This document shows positions 38,915 through 48,947 of a DNA stretch of 64,000 nucleotides, in pieces. The stretch is from a virus. Positions within the stretch are counted from its first letter, which is position 1; every line of letters begins with the position of its first letter. The stretch lies in the IMG/VR virus record IMGVR_UViG_3300021963_000030; one strand, written 5' to 3'. The notes under the pieces are model-generated. The model saw nothing but the letters and a program-made list of their open reading frames with translations. It had not been told where the DNA came from and did not search any database. The position numbers and the translations under genes are program-made.

Positions 38915-40041
38915 GTGAGGTTATAAAACAAAAAACTAGAGCAGTAGGTTTGACATCGATTGGAAATCCACTGACACTTATTGCGTCATTTGAAAAGTTT
39001 AAACGGTTGTGTAAGGGGTATAAAATATATGTGATGTTGAACGTTGCTAGAGAATGTAACAATCCACAAAATATTAAACATCTTACTGAACAAACATATA
39101 AGATTTGTCAATACTATCAAAAGTTTTTTTCTGAAGTGTTAATCATAGAAAACACCACACGTGATTGGATGACACACGGATTATGTTTGGATACATTATT
39201 TACGTTGACCACAGAAGATGAAATGGTATTCTTTGAAGAAGATGCTTTCTTGACTGATAAGGTGACGTTTGACAATTGGTTCAATCAACTAAAAGATAAT
39301 CATTTACATTGCGTAGTTGCTCCACAAAATCCAAACAACTTTGGTCAGTTGTTTAGTAAACTGGGTATATTTCATGGTGCTGTAAACATGCCTGGTAAAG
39401 AAAGTATATTCTTTGTGAGAAGAGATATACTAGAGTTGTATGATTGGCCTGCTTTTGATTATATTAAGTGGGAAAATCATTTTGTATATAAACCAAATTC
39501 ACACCTTGAATTAAAGTTTAATGAGGAAATACACTTTGATACATTCGAATTCTTTTCTTTAAACTGTTGGATGAACAAGAGTATCAAGAAGAGTGTGTAT
39601 GAAGAACACAACTTTGACTATTGGGTGAGTGAAGGACGAGGAAACATAGATGAGTTCTTCAGAAAGCACGCTTCTCCACCACCATACATTCATTATTTCA
39701 ACGGAGCGTTATTTCAGTATCTAGATTACCACGATAAAGGAAATAGAAAGTTCTACTATGATATGGTGCACGAAGCGCCTCACTTCGGACAGTTTATGTA
39801 TCATATGTCTACATTCTTGCTCCACTATTCTATTATGTTAACAATCAAGAAGAGGTATGTGGAAATTTGTGGTATAGAAGAATATAAACGTCACAAAAAG
39901 TCGTTAAAGAACTCAATAACGATGTTGTTCAATTACTTTGGATATTATACAATCAAGAAAAAATTCAAGATGCACTTGTATTTTAAATTTGCTTGTAGAC
40001 ACTCAAGAAAAGTTCACTATTTGAGTGAGGAGATTGTATAA
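38911..40041 (+). CDS. divergent GT-A-like protein (paralog of 41228)
   Basis: RAVGLTSIGNPLTLIAS, THGLCLD, FEEDAF, FDTFEFFSL, HYFNGALFQYL. Confidence 0.55.
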   Translation: MSEVIKQKTRAVGLTSIGNPLTLIASFEKFKRLCKGYKIYVMLNVARECNNPQNIKHLTEQTYKICQYYQKFFSEVLIIENTTRDWMTHGLCLDTLFTLTTEDEMVFFEEDAFLTDKVTFDNWFNQLKDNHLHCVVAPQNPNNFGQLFSKLGIFHGAVNMPGKESIFFVRRDILELYDWPAFDYIKWENHFVYKPNSHLELKFNEEIHFDTFEFFSLNCWMNKSIKKSVYEEHNFDYWVSEGRGNIDEFFRKHASPPPYIHYFNGALFQYLDYHDKGNRKFYYDMVHEAPHFGQFMYHMSTFLLHYSIMLTIKKRYVEICGIEEYKRHKKSLKNSITMLFNYFGYYTIKKKFKMHLYFKFACRHSRKVHYLSEEIV

Positions 40042-40057
40042 TAATCTATATATCTTT

Positions 40058-40750
40058 ATGGAAGCAAATTATATCTTGAATTTAATTTTTGATTACAAAG
40101 AATATGCTGTAAGTGCAAGTGCCTCTGCATTCGCTACAATGTTCTTTACCTTCATCAAGTCTCTAAAATCGTCATATCAAAAACATAACTATTGGGTCAA
40201 GTTTTATCAGTTGGTATTAAACAAAAAGCCAGATCTTATTGTTGAGATGGGAATTTTAGAAGGTTATTCTCTATTCAGTTTTGCAAGAGGATGTGTTGAA
40301 AACAGAAAAGGTAAGATCATTGCAATTGATTTATTTGAAGACTATCCATACCATCACGCTAGATACGATGACATCAAATCTAAGTTGGAACATTGGGGTA
40401 TGGACAAATGTGTGTATCTTCACAAAGGAGATGCATTAGACTTGGATCTTAAGTTTGATGACAAGTCAATTGATATTCTTCACATCGATATTTCAAACAC
40501 AGGCGACAAAGTTGAAAAACTGTTGTTGGAGTATAATTCAAAGATGAAAGACGACGGTATTATCATATTTGAAGGTGGTAGTAAGTCCCGAGATAACGTT
40601 CCATGGATGATTGACTACAACTGTGTTCCTATTGCTCCAATTCTAGAAAAAGAAGAATTGACTAGACTTTATGATTTCTTTGTGATAGAAAACTATCCAT
40701 CATTAACAATTTGTTACAAAAAAAATGAACAGTCCAAGATTATTCTTTGA
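40058..40750 (+). CDS. class I SAM-dependent methyltransferase (Methyltransf_24-like)
   Basis: VEMGILEGYS, AIDLF, LHIDISN, GIIIFEG; start placed at 40058. Confidence 0.82.
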   Translation: MEANYILNLIFDYKEYAVSASASAFATMFFTFIKSLKSSYQKHNYWVKFYQLVLNKKPDLIVEMGILEGYSLFSFARGCVENRKGKIIAIDLFEDYPYHHARYDDIKSKLEHWGMDKCVYLHKGDALDLDLKFDDKSIDILHIDISNTGDKVEKLLLEYNSKMKDDGIIIFEGGSKSRDNVPWMIDYNCVPIAPILEKEELTRLYDFFVIENYPSLTICYKKNEQSKIIL

Positions 40751-41231
40751 TCTATATAAGATCTACGCCAACTACAAAGATGTTGAAAATCTTGTGGTTT
40801 TGGAATATAACACCACAGGCAAACTGTCTTCACAAATGTGGACACAGATTTTTAAACATATTCATGTCGAGACCGATATAACCAAACTTAACAGCTATGA
40901 GTTCGACATCTTCTTTTTGAACATCGAAGATTGGTCAACTGCAGAATCTATACTATCCGTTTTAAATTATTCTGTTAGACCCAGAGGGTATCATGAAATT
41001 ATAGTTGCTAATAAAGCAAAATTTTGGCCGTATTTTTTACCAGCACCAAAAGACGGAATTTGTCCAGAAGGTATTTGTCAAAGAGCAAAACTTTGGGGTG
41101 GTGAAGAGGACAAGAGACAACTTTATGTTCAAGGTGATCTTGGACTATTTCCATATAAAATCAAGAGACCTGATCAAACGGTTGTTGCAGAAAGTCTAGA
41201 AAACGAATCGACAATATTTCAGTATAGATGA
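40725..41231 (+). CDS. hypothetical protein, possibly a degenerate methyltransferase fold
   Basis: 168-aa ORF in operon context; FDIFFL, VRPRG. Confidence 0.55.
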   Translation: MNSPRLFFDLYKIYANYKDVENLVVLEYNTTGKLSSQMWTQIFKHIHVETDITKLNSYEFDIFFLNIEDWSTAESILSVLNYSVRPRGYHEIIVANKAKFWPYFLPAPKDGICPEGICQRAKLWGGEEDKRQLYVQGDLGLFPYKIKRPDQTVVAESLENESTIFQYR

Positions 41232-42358
41232 ATGACGGTTCTAGAGCAGTGGGGCTTACTACTCTCGGTAACCCTCTTACATTGATCGCATCGTTGGATA
41301 GACTTAGTAAGTTGTGTCCACAATACAAACTTTACATTTGTCTTAATCCACAACGAGAATACATTTCTGCGGAACAATTGCAGTATATCTATGACGTATC
41401 CTATAAAGTGATACGTTCATACGAACATTTATTCAAAGAGATTGTTGTAATTGAAGCACATTACAAAGCATGGTGGGGAACACCTTTATGGGCTACCCAT
41501 GGTTTTTGTATGGACTCAATTTTGTTTTTATCTGAAGAACAAAATATAGTCATATTTGAAGAAGACGCTTTTGTATTTGATAGAGAATTGTTTTACAATT
41601 GGTTTGACAAACTCAACGACGTTCATGTTGTATGTGGTATGAATCGTGTTACTCCAAACAACTGTGATGTATTTGAAAAGATTCGTTTGTTTTCATGTGT
41701 TCCAGATGTTCCTGGTCCCGGCAAAGAAAGTGTATTATTTGTTAATAAGTCTATAAAACAACATTGGGATTGGATGTCTGTAGACTATGTTAAGTTAGAA
41801 AATGGAATCGATTTTAGACCACAGTTATTGCCTACTTATTTAAACTTCAAACGAGAGGTTAGCTTTGATACATTTGAATTTTTCTCATTAATGTGTTATT
41901 TGAACCCCAACATCAAGATACATTTTTATGAAGAAAATTCTTTTGATTACTGGTGGTTTCAAGGGTTAAGTAAAACACAAGAATTTTACGATAAACATAG
42001 TCAACTGGATAAATACGTTCATTACTTCAATGGTGCTTTGTTTCAATATCTTGAGTTTAATGATAAGACCAATAGAAAAGTTTATTATGATCGTATCATG
42101 AAATCAAAGGACTGGTCACCTTTTGTTCATCATTTATCAACGTATATACTAGGTATGGCATTGATACAAACTTTCAAGCAAAAGTATATTGAATTGTTGG
42201 GTAATGAACAATATATAAAGCACAGAAAAGCGTTGAAAAACTATATATTATTATTGATACAGTATTATGGTTATGGACGAATCAATTTGGAGTTCGATTT
42301 GAATAAATTTGTCAAATTTACATATCGATACGTTCATAAACACCATAGACTAAACTGA
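41228..42358 (+). CDS. divergent GT-A-like protein (paralog of 38911)
   Basis: RAVGLTTLGNPLTLIAS, THGFCMD, FEEDAF, FDTFEFFSL, HYFNGALFQYL. Confidence 0.55.
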   Translation: MNDGSRAVGLTTLGNPLTLIASLDRLSKLCPQYKLYICLNPQREYISAEQLQYIYDVSYKVIRSYEHLFKEIVVIEAHYKAWWGTPLWATHGFCMDSILFLSEEQNIVIFEEDAFVFDRELFYNWFDKLNDVHVVCGMNRVTPNNCDVFEKIRLFSCVPDVPGPGKESVLFVNKSIKQHWDWMSVDYVKLENGIDFRPQLLPTYLNFKREVSFDTFEFFSLMCYLNPNIKIHFYEENSFDYWWFQGLSKTQEFYDKHSQLDKYVHYFNGALFQYLEFNDKTNRKVYYDRIMKSKDWSPFVHHLSTYILGMALIQTFKQKYIELLGNEQYIKHRKALKNYILLLIQYYGYGRINLEFDLNKFVKFTYRYVHKHHRLN

Positions 42359-42360
42359 AT

Positions 42361-43254
42361 ATGAATCCAATTTTTACTTTTGACGAACTTAACGTAGAGA
42401 TGTTGAAACAGTTTGATGGGACCAACAATTATTTTAATTGTTCTCATTTGAATGGTAAAACGATATTTCGTAAAGAACATAAACTGAGTAGAGACTTTCA
42501 TGCTTGTGATATCGTAGACCAAGATGGGGTCGTATTATTACAAAATTATGCGGATGAAGAATATCACTATAGTTTTGAGGACGCACGTTGGATAGACGAC
42601 AAACATATCAGTGTATGTGTTGCCAAATTTGATATTGAAGATCTTGCTAAACTTGAAGGTGTTCATTTCAAGAAATACAATATCGAAACCAAGAAGTTGT
42701 ATCATTATGCAACTAGAAAAGCACACTTTGAAAAACACTGGCAGTTTTATAACAACTACATAATTTATCACGTTAATCCATATACGATTATGGATTCTTC
42801 TGAACAACAGGTATTTGTCAAGAACATCAATTGGAAACCATGGATTGAAAAGTATGGTAATCCAGGACTAAGCACTAACGTATTTGATGTTCATGGAGAA
42901 AAGTTTTTGTTGTATCACAGTTATGTTTATTATGGACCTGCACTCATGAAATACTTTGTGGGACTTATGAAAGTAAAGAACGACCTAACACCAGTTGGAT
43001 ATTGCATAAATCCACTGTTGGTGTCTGATCGAAACTATTCAAGTTCTTATGTATTGAATCGCCTGTGGTCTTGGAGAAATACCACACACAGAAATGCTAT
43101 CAAGTATGAAGTGATTTTTCCAATGAATGTGGTGACCGACGATAAATCAATTCACATTTATGGTGGTTTAAACGATTGTTCCGCAGTCAAGATGAGTATT
43201 GATAAATCCATGTTTGTAGAAAGATTCAAGAGTCAACCATTTATTATTCACTAA
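42361..43254 (+). CDS. five-bladed beta-propeller, GH130-like glycosidase/phosphorylase
   Basis: FEKHWQFY, LSTN, C-terminal VIFPMN...IHIYGGLND pattern of GH130-like propellers. Confidence 0.6.
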   Translation: MNPIFTFDELNVEMLKQFDGTNNYFNCSHLNGKTIFRKEHKLSRDFHACDIVDQDGVVLLQNYADEEYHYSFEDARWIDDKHISVCVAKFDIEDLAKLEGVHFKKYNIETKKLYHYATRKAHFEKHWQFYNNYIIYHVNPYTIMDSSEQQVFVKNINWKPWIEKYGNPGLSTNVFDVHGEKFLLYHSYVYYGPALMKYFVGLMKVKNDLTPVGYCINPLLVSDRNYSSSYVLNRLWSWRNTTHRNAIKYEVIFPMNVVTDDKSIHIYGGLNDCSAVKMSIDKSMFVERFKSQPFIIH

Positions 43255-43269
43255 ATTATAAAGGTAAAC

Positions 43270-43299
43270 TTGAAGATAAATTACGAGAGGGTATATACT
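43270..43299 (+). promoter_or_regulatory. weak sigma70-type promoter
   Basis: TTGAAG followed by overlapping TATATA/TATACT at 16/18 nt spacing. Confidence 0.35.
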
Positions 43300-43318
43300 C
43301 CGTGTTATTTGAATATAA

Positions 43319-43897
43319 ATGAGAACTTTGGTAGTAACAAGATATGATGAAAATTTGAGTTGGATTGACAACATCAAAGACGATGTGGTCATTTATAACA
43401 AAGGTTTTCCCTTACTACCATATGAGTTCAAAGAGTTACCAAACGTAGGTCGTGAGGCGGACAGTATGTTGTATCACATCGTCAACAACTATCATAACCT
43501 AAGTGATGAACTTGTTTTTCTACAAGGCGATCCATTTGACCACTGTTGGGATCTTTTGAAACTCTTAGAAGAAAATAGAAATGTCGAAGACGTTGTGTGG
43601 TTGGGAAGCAATTGGGGTCCAGTTACAAAAAACTATGACGGTGGACCTGGACATGGTTGTTTTCTACCAATGATAAAGATATCAAAACTATTATTTGAGA
43701 ATTGTGACTTTGACAAAAGCACAACGTTCACGTTTTCTGCTGGAGCGCAATATATTGTTCCAAGACACAAGATTACATCCAAGAGTTTAGAGTGGTGGAT
43801 ACATGCCTACAAAGTGTTTACAGATAATCTACCTACAACTCCTTGGGTATATGAACGATTGTGGCCGCTGATTTGGAGTTATTCTACAAACCACTGA
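43319..43897 (+). CDS. DUF3431 family (GT-associated) protein
   Basis: VVTRYDENLSWI, NVGRE...YHIVNNY, FLQGDPFDH, GAQYIV, ERLW. Confidence 0.85.
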   Translation: MRTLVVTRYDENLSWIDNIKDDVVIYNKGFPLLPYEFKELPNVGREADSMLYHIVNNYHNLSDELVFLQGDPFDHCWDLLKLLEENRNVEDVVWLGSNWGPVTKNYDGGPGHGCFLPMIKISKLLFENCDFDKSTTFTFSAGAQYIVPRHKITSKSLEWWIHAYKVFTDNLPTTPWVYERLWPLIWSYSTNH

Positions 43898-44703
43898 TTA
43901 CAGTCTTTCATAAACTGTATTTTGTTACTTGTGAACGTAGGATGATAAGTTTTGGGTCTTAGTTTCAATACTTGATCGTGTGTATAATTAACTCCAACAT
44001 CACTCAATAAATTCAATTGATCTTTTATCGATGTGATATTGAGATTGGTTTGTCTGAAGTATTCGGTCATGATATTTTCATCCAAATTGTTTAACGCGTC
44101 GAAGTGTGGAAAAAATAGTTTAGTATAGTTGTTTATATGGTCTAATGTAATATCTGATTGTCGAACATACATAAATCCTGTGTTTATGATTTGTTCTTTA
44201 CCCACCCACTGATATAATGACTCTGGATGATTCAAGCTTGTCGCAGTTCTTATTTGAAGGTAATATTTAAATCCAAACAAAGCAGGTCCATTATGATGAA
44301 ACTTACCTTCATAATCAGTCCAGTATATGAGTTCATCAATAAAATCTTCAAATACAATCATATCAGCATCCAACAAACATACACGGTCATTTTGTAATAA
44401 TGTTTGAAACACCACATCGTGTTTTATAAACTGATATACAGCATATGAGTTACTCGATTTATATGTTGCGGCTAAATCTTTATTATCTAAATGTGGATTG
44501 AGTCTTTCTGATATACTTTCGAACAACATTGGTTTGAACTTTCTGATATCACAGTCTAAGTTTTTAGAACTTATAGATTTGTATGTTAATTCATCCGTGC
44601 AAAATATAATTAAGTCGGTGTGACGGGAGAACTTTTTCAATTGTAAGTATAAATTATGACAGATGTCCGTGTATGCCAGATTTATAAATGTAACCAACTT
44701 CAT
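43879..44703 (-). CDS. nucleotide-diphospho-sugar transferase (GT77-like)
   Basis: FIKHDVV, LLDADMIV, INTGFMY, DENIM. Confidence 0.75.
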   Translation of the reverse strand: MKLVTFINLAYTDICHNLYLQLKKFSRHTDLIIFCTDELTYKSISSKNLDCDIRKFKPMLFESISERLNPHLDNKDLAATYKSSNSYAVYQFIKHDVVFQTLLQNDRVCLLDADMIVFEDFIDELIYWTDYEGKFHHNGPALFGFKYYLQIRTATSLNHPESLYQWVGKEQIINTGFMYVRQSDITLDHINNYTKLFFPHFDALNNLDENIMTEYFRQTNLNITSIKDQLNLLSDVGVNYTHDQVLKLRPKTYHPTFTSNKIQFMKDCNQWFVE

Positions 44704-44713
44704 GTCAATATAT

Positions 44714-45466
44714 ATGAGTATGAATGAGGTTACAATAGTTGCTCCTGTTTATTTGGGTAAACCACATCGACTTGAATATTTTGAGACATACATAAAGTCA
44801 TGTTTGGCCCAACGTGATTTTGACAAAATGAACTTTGTGTTTATGGTCGAACCTGATGTAATGAATTTTGACTTACTCACAAAGTTACGACTGTATCCAA
44901 ATATTCGTATCATGGTCAACCCATACAAATACGGGTTATTGTTGAATCAATATATGACATTGTATTACAGTTTTGAAATACTTGGGCTAGAACACGTAAT
45001 TTATACCGAAGACGATTGTTTGATGTCGAATGATATGTATGACATCACCAAGTTTTATGTCAACTCACAGTATTATGACAACAATACTATACTGACGTAT
45101 TTAAACAAAGATAATTTGGTTGACCCACCACAAAATGATGACGGTAAGGATATACTAGAAGTTAAGTCGAACTTTCATCCAATTAGAACAGGTATGGTAT
45201 ACTTTGCTACATGGGGTTACTTATGCACACGTAAAATGTGGTTTGATTGTATGAAGAAGTGGCCACATCAATGGTGTTTCTCTGAACATCTTTTGCCTCA
45301 CTATTTGGATAAAATCAAAACGGTGACCCCAAGACTTTCAAGACTAAATCATATAGGAGTATTAGGTGCATCCTACAATGAAGAAATATACAAGAGTCAC
45401 GAATTTACCAATTATATGCCACCTATATTTTCAGAAAGGATAGAATACAAGTTTAATGAAATATGA
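44714..45466 (+). CDS. GT2-like glycosyltransferase
   Basis: TIVAPVY, IYTEDDC, TWGY, PRLSRLNHIG; start 44714 or 44720. Confidence 0.7.
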   Translation: MSMNEVTIVAPVYLGKPHRLEYFETYIKSCLAQRDFDKMNFVFMVEPDVMNFDLLTKLRLYPNIRIMVNPYKYGLLLNQYMTLYYSFEILGLEHVIYTEDDCLMSNDMYDITKFYVNSQYYDNNTILTYLNKDNLVDPPQNDDGKDILEVKSNFHPIRTGMVYFATWGYLCTRKMWFDCMKKWPHQWCFSEHLLPHYLDKIKTVTPRLSRLNHIGVLGASYNEEIYKSHEFTNYMPPIFSERIEYKFNEI

Positions 45467-46550
45467 TTATTTGATTGTTGGTAGTGGTTTGTTTGGTGCT
45501 ACATTTGCTAATCTTGCAAAAGAATCAGGCAAGTCATGTTTAATACTTGAAAAAAGAAATCACGTTGCTGGTAATTGTTATACCGAGAAACGTCGTGATA
45601 TTAATGTTCACATGTATGGTCCCCACATCTTTCATACGTCCAATAAAGAAATATGGGATTATGTGAACAAGTTTGCGACGTTCAATGGTTTTGTTAATCG
45701 ACCAAAAGTGAGATACAACAATGAACTCTATTCTTTCCCAATTAATTTGTTTACCCTTTACCAGTTGTGGGGATGTAAGACTCCAACTGAAGCAAAACAA
45801 AAATTAGATTCGGTGCGAGTTAAAATTGATAATCCGCAAAACTTGGAAGAGTGGGTATTGAGTCAAGTAGGCGAAGAGTTGTATAATATTTTTATAAAAG
45901 GGTATACTACAAAACAATGGGGTAGAGATCCTAAAGATCTACCGACATTCATCATAAAAAGGTTACCAATAAGACTAACTTATGATGACAATTACTATTA
46001 TGACAGATATCAAGGAATTCCTATTGGTGGTTATACACAAATGATAAAAAACATGATTGGTGATACTCCAGTAGAAATGGGAGTGGACTTTTTACAAGAT
46101 GTCGATTACTGGTCAAATAAAGCGAACAAAGTAGTATATACAGGAGCTCTCGACGAACTGTTTAATTACAGTAAAGGAGAACTTGAATACAGAAGTCTTA
46201 AATTCGAACATTCAGAAGTATGGGAATCAGATTATCAAGGTAATGCTGTAGTGAATTATACGTCGTTAGATGTTCCATTTACACGTATTATAGAACATAA
46301 ACATTTTGAACAAACAGAATCAGATACTACATTTATTACCCGTGAATATCCTCAAACGTGGAACAGATCATTGGAAAAGTATTATCCAATCAATAATGAA
46401 CAAAATCATAGTCTATACACTCACTATAAGAACCAGTGTGTGGAACATTTTCCAAATATGATATTGGGTGGAAGACTAGCATGTTATCAGTATTTTGATA
46501 TGCATCAAGCGATTGGACAAGCAATGCACAAGTTTACAAACGTTGGTTAA
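45456..46550 (+). CDS. glf: UDP-galactopyranose mutase
   Basis: GSGLFGA, HVAGNCY, YGPHIFHT, YTTKQW, RLTYDDNY, YQGIPIGGY, GRLACYQYFDMHQAI. Confidence 0.97.
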   Translation: MKYDYLIVGSGLFGATFANLAKESGKSCLILEKRNHVAGNCYTEKRRDINVHMYGPHIFHTSNKEIWDYVNKFATFNGFVNRPKVRYNNELYSFPINLFTLYQLWGCKTPTEAKQKLDSVRVKIDNPQNLEEWVLSQVGEELYNIFIKGYTTKQWGRDPKDLPTFIIKRLPIRLTYDDNYYYDRYQGIPIGGYTQMIKNMIGDTPVEMGVDFLQDVDYWSNKANKVVYTGALDELFNYSKGELEYRSLKFEHSEVWESDYQGNAVVNYTSLDVPFTRIIEHKHFEQTESDTTFITREYPQTWNRSLEKYYPINNEQNHSLYTHYKNQCVEHFPNMILGGRLACYQYFDMHQAIGQAMHKFTNVG

Positions 46551-47250
46551 TAACGTTGTTTATATGGTGCATGTATGAGTATTTTGTTTCTTTCTTAATT
46601 GCACAATTTGCATGGTATAACACAACTTCTTTTATTTCTTTGTGTATATGATGTAATCCAACCGATGTTGAGAAAAATTCTGGTGGAAGTAATTCCCATT
46701 GCAAATCATAATTGTGTTGTGAATATAAAACTGTATTGATCAATGCTTGTTCCCACACACCAGTTTCTTTGACCGATTCAAGTATGTCTGAAAAAAACTT
46801 GTGTGTTTGCTCACACGCTTTAATCACGTTGAATCCAAAGTTTATATTTCCATCTTGTGTTTTATACGGAATTTCATTAGCATCGTAATATTCTTGAGTT
46901 CTTTGTTTGTCTTGATCGTCGTAAAACTCTCTCAAAAACAATACATCTTGATCTTTGATTATTTTGTTAAGTGCTGGTAGTAATGGTTTGTAAAACACAA
47001 TATCCACATCTGAAAATATAAAATATTCGTTGGGATCAGACTTTTTGATTATATCAATGATGTAAGATAGTCTCAATTTCCATATATCTATACCCCCGCC
47101 ATTCTTGAGATGTTCTGGACATTCTGTGTCAAACCTCGGTGTGTCTATTGATATGTCTACAATTGTGAAATTATCTTTATCTTTTAGACTGTTGATAAAG
47201 TTATCACGCATATCATGAAATTCTGTATCACATATGTAATATAACTTCAT
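46534..47250 (-). CDS. nucleotide-diphospho-sugar transferase (GT77-like), paralog A
   Basis: GGGIDIWK, FSDVDIVF, INFGF, WEQALIN, YHAN. Confidence 0.78.
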   Translation of the reverse strand: MKLYYICDTEFHDMRDNFINSLKDKDNFTIVDISIDTPRFDTECPEHLKNGGGIDIWKLRLSYIIDIIKKSDPNEYFIFSDVDIVFYKPLLPALNKIIKDQDVLFLREFYDDQDKQRTQEYYDANEIPYKTQDGNINFGFNVIKACEQTHKFFSDILESVKETGVWEQALINTVLYSQHNYDLQWELLPPEFFSTSVGLHHIHKEIKEVVLYHANCAIKKETKYSYMHHINNVINQRL

Positions 47251-47951
47251 AACACTTTTTGTTTAAATCGACTTATTATGTCTATTTTTTCTTCCATTTT
47301 AACTACGCATGTTGCGTGATATACCACTGTATGTTTGTTTATTAACCCATAATTGTCGTATGCGGTTGTGGTAAATGTAAGAGGTAAAGTTCCCCACTTT
47401 ATGTCATAGTTTGGATTGGAAAACAAAATCCTATTGACACATGTTTGATCCATTAAACCATCTGGCCACAAAGCATGATTGTGTGAGTCTACAAAGTTTT
47501 TTGTATTCTCTATCATGTGTAAAACATCTTGAAAAAACTTACGAGATCTATCACACGATTTGACCACACAAAATCCAAAGTTACAATATCCACTAACGTC
47601 ACCACCTTGTTGTGGCAAAGATCCATAAGGTATTTCTCGGATAAACATCACATCTTTGTTCATCAACACTTTGTCTAATATAGGAATGATTGGTTTGAAA
47701 AACATCACATCAACGTCTGAATATACAAAGTATTCGTTTGGATCACATTTGTCGATGACCTCCAACAGAAAATTTACTTTGTCTTTCCAAATTTGGATGC
47801 CTCCACCAAATAGTCTATGTAAATAAAAGTCTTCACCGAATACAGGAGTTTCCAACCTTTTTTCAATTAATTCAAATGTATCTTTGAGATTTGAAAGAAA
47901 ATGATCTCGTAACGGTATGAACTTATCATCATACATGTAACACAACTTCAT
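47247..47951 (-). CDS. nucleotide-diphospho-sugar transferase (GT77-like), paralog B
   Basis: GGGIQIWK, YSDVDVMF, CNFGF, MDQTCVN, YHAT. Confidence 0.78.
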   Translation of the reverse strand: MKLCYMYDDKFIPLRDHFLSNLKDTFELIEKRLETPVFGEDFYLHRLFGGGIQIWKDKVNFLLEVIDKCDPNEYFVYSDVDVMFFKPIIPILDKVLMNKDVMFIREIPYGSLPQQGGDVSGYCNFGFCVVKSCDRSRKFFQDVLHMIENTKNFVDSHNHALWPDGLMDQTCVNRILFSNPNYDIKWGTLPLTFTTTAYDNYGLINKHTVVYHATCVVKMEEKIDIISRFKQKVL

Positions 47952-48886
47952 ATGTTTTTGAAAAATTCTATAAGTCGTTTTGTGTTTTTTGACATAATGT
48001 CATGAAACATATCCCTACGTTGTTGTTCTTTTCCAATTGGTTCAAAGTTATCAATCACATGTTTCAACTTTTGTTCATCCACAAAGAATGATTTTCTCAA
48101 TGGAAATGTTCCTGATAAATTGTCGTTACAGTAGTGATAATTCAAGTCTATTTTTTCTTCGGTGGGAATTATATGAACCAACGAAGGATCTAAGTGTTCT
48201 GAAAAAGAAGGTATGTCACTACAAATTATTTCTGCTCCAGTCGAAAGTCCCTCATATAAATAATGACCCCAACTTTCATATATACTCGGACAAATATGAA
48301 CTGAATGTCTATTGAGCGTTTTCTTGATCTCTCGCTTGATCATGTATGTTGTCATGTAATTGATATTTGACGGTGGCACGAAACGTTTTGTTGTATCAAA
48401 TACAGTTATTGGCGCCGTCTGTTTCATTACAACCTCTGTGTTTTTCTGTATGGCTCTACCGTTCAAATGCAAAAACTTTTGATCACGTTGAATAGCCGGA
48501 TCATAAAAGTCATATGATAACAATGGAAGACATACTACATCAGGACGTATTGGTTCCAATAATTTTCTAGCATATTCAGTTTTTACAACGATGTAATCAA
48601 ATTGGTCTATCTTTTTTAGATCGTCTGCTCCCGCCCATTCTTCGTTGATAAACCATATGTTCTTTTTAAAGTTGCTTAGATTACTATACAGTGGGTTTTG
48701 AATCCAAATACCCAAGTCACCGGTTTCGTCTGGCACATAGTTTGGAACTGCCCAGTTTTTATTCAAATGTTCTATGAATAAAATATCAGTGTTTTCGGCT
48801 ACGTTTTTTTGAATCAAATTTTGAAGCAACATCGCATCAATTACAATGCCTGCTCTATTATTATATGTAAGAATCTTGACTTTCAT
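47948..48886 (-). CDS. GT4-like glycosyltransferase
   Basis: INEEW, FLHLNG, HICPSIYESWGHYLYEG; start placed at MKVKIL (48886). Confidence 0.78.
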   Translation of the reverse strand: MKVKILTYNNRAGIVIDAMLLQNLIQKNVAENTDILFIEHLNKNWAVPNYVPDETGDLGIWIQNPLYSNLSNFKKNIWFINEEWAGADDLKKIDQFDYIVVKTEYARKLLEPIRPDVVCLPLLSYDFYDPAIQRDQKFLHLNGRAIQKNTEVVMKQTAPITVFDTTKRFVPPSNINYMTTYMIKREIKKTLNRHSVHICPSIYESWGHYLYEGLSTGAEIICSDIPSFSEHLDPSLVHIIPTEEKIDLNYHYCNDNLSGTFPLRKSFFVDEQKLKHVIDNFEPIGKEQQRRDMFHDIMSKNTKRLIEFFKNI

Positions 48887-48947
48887 GACGTTATAACGGA
48901 CTATTATATATGTATCAATATGATTCCAAAGGTCATTCATTATAATT

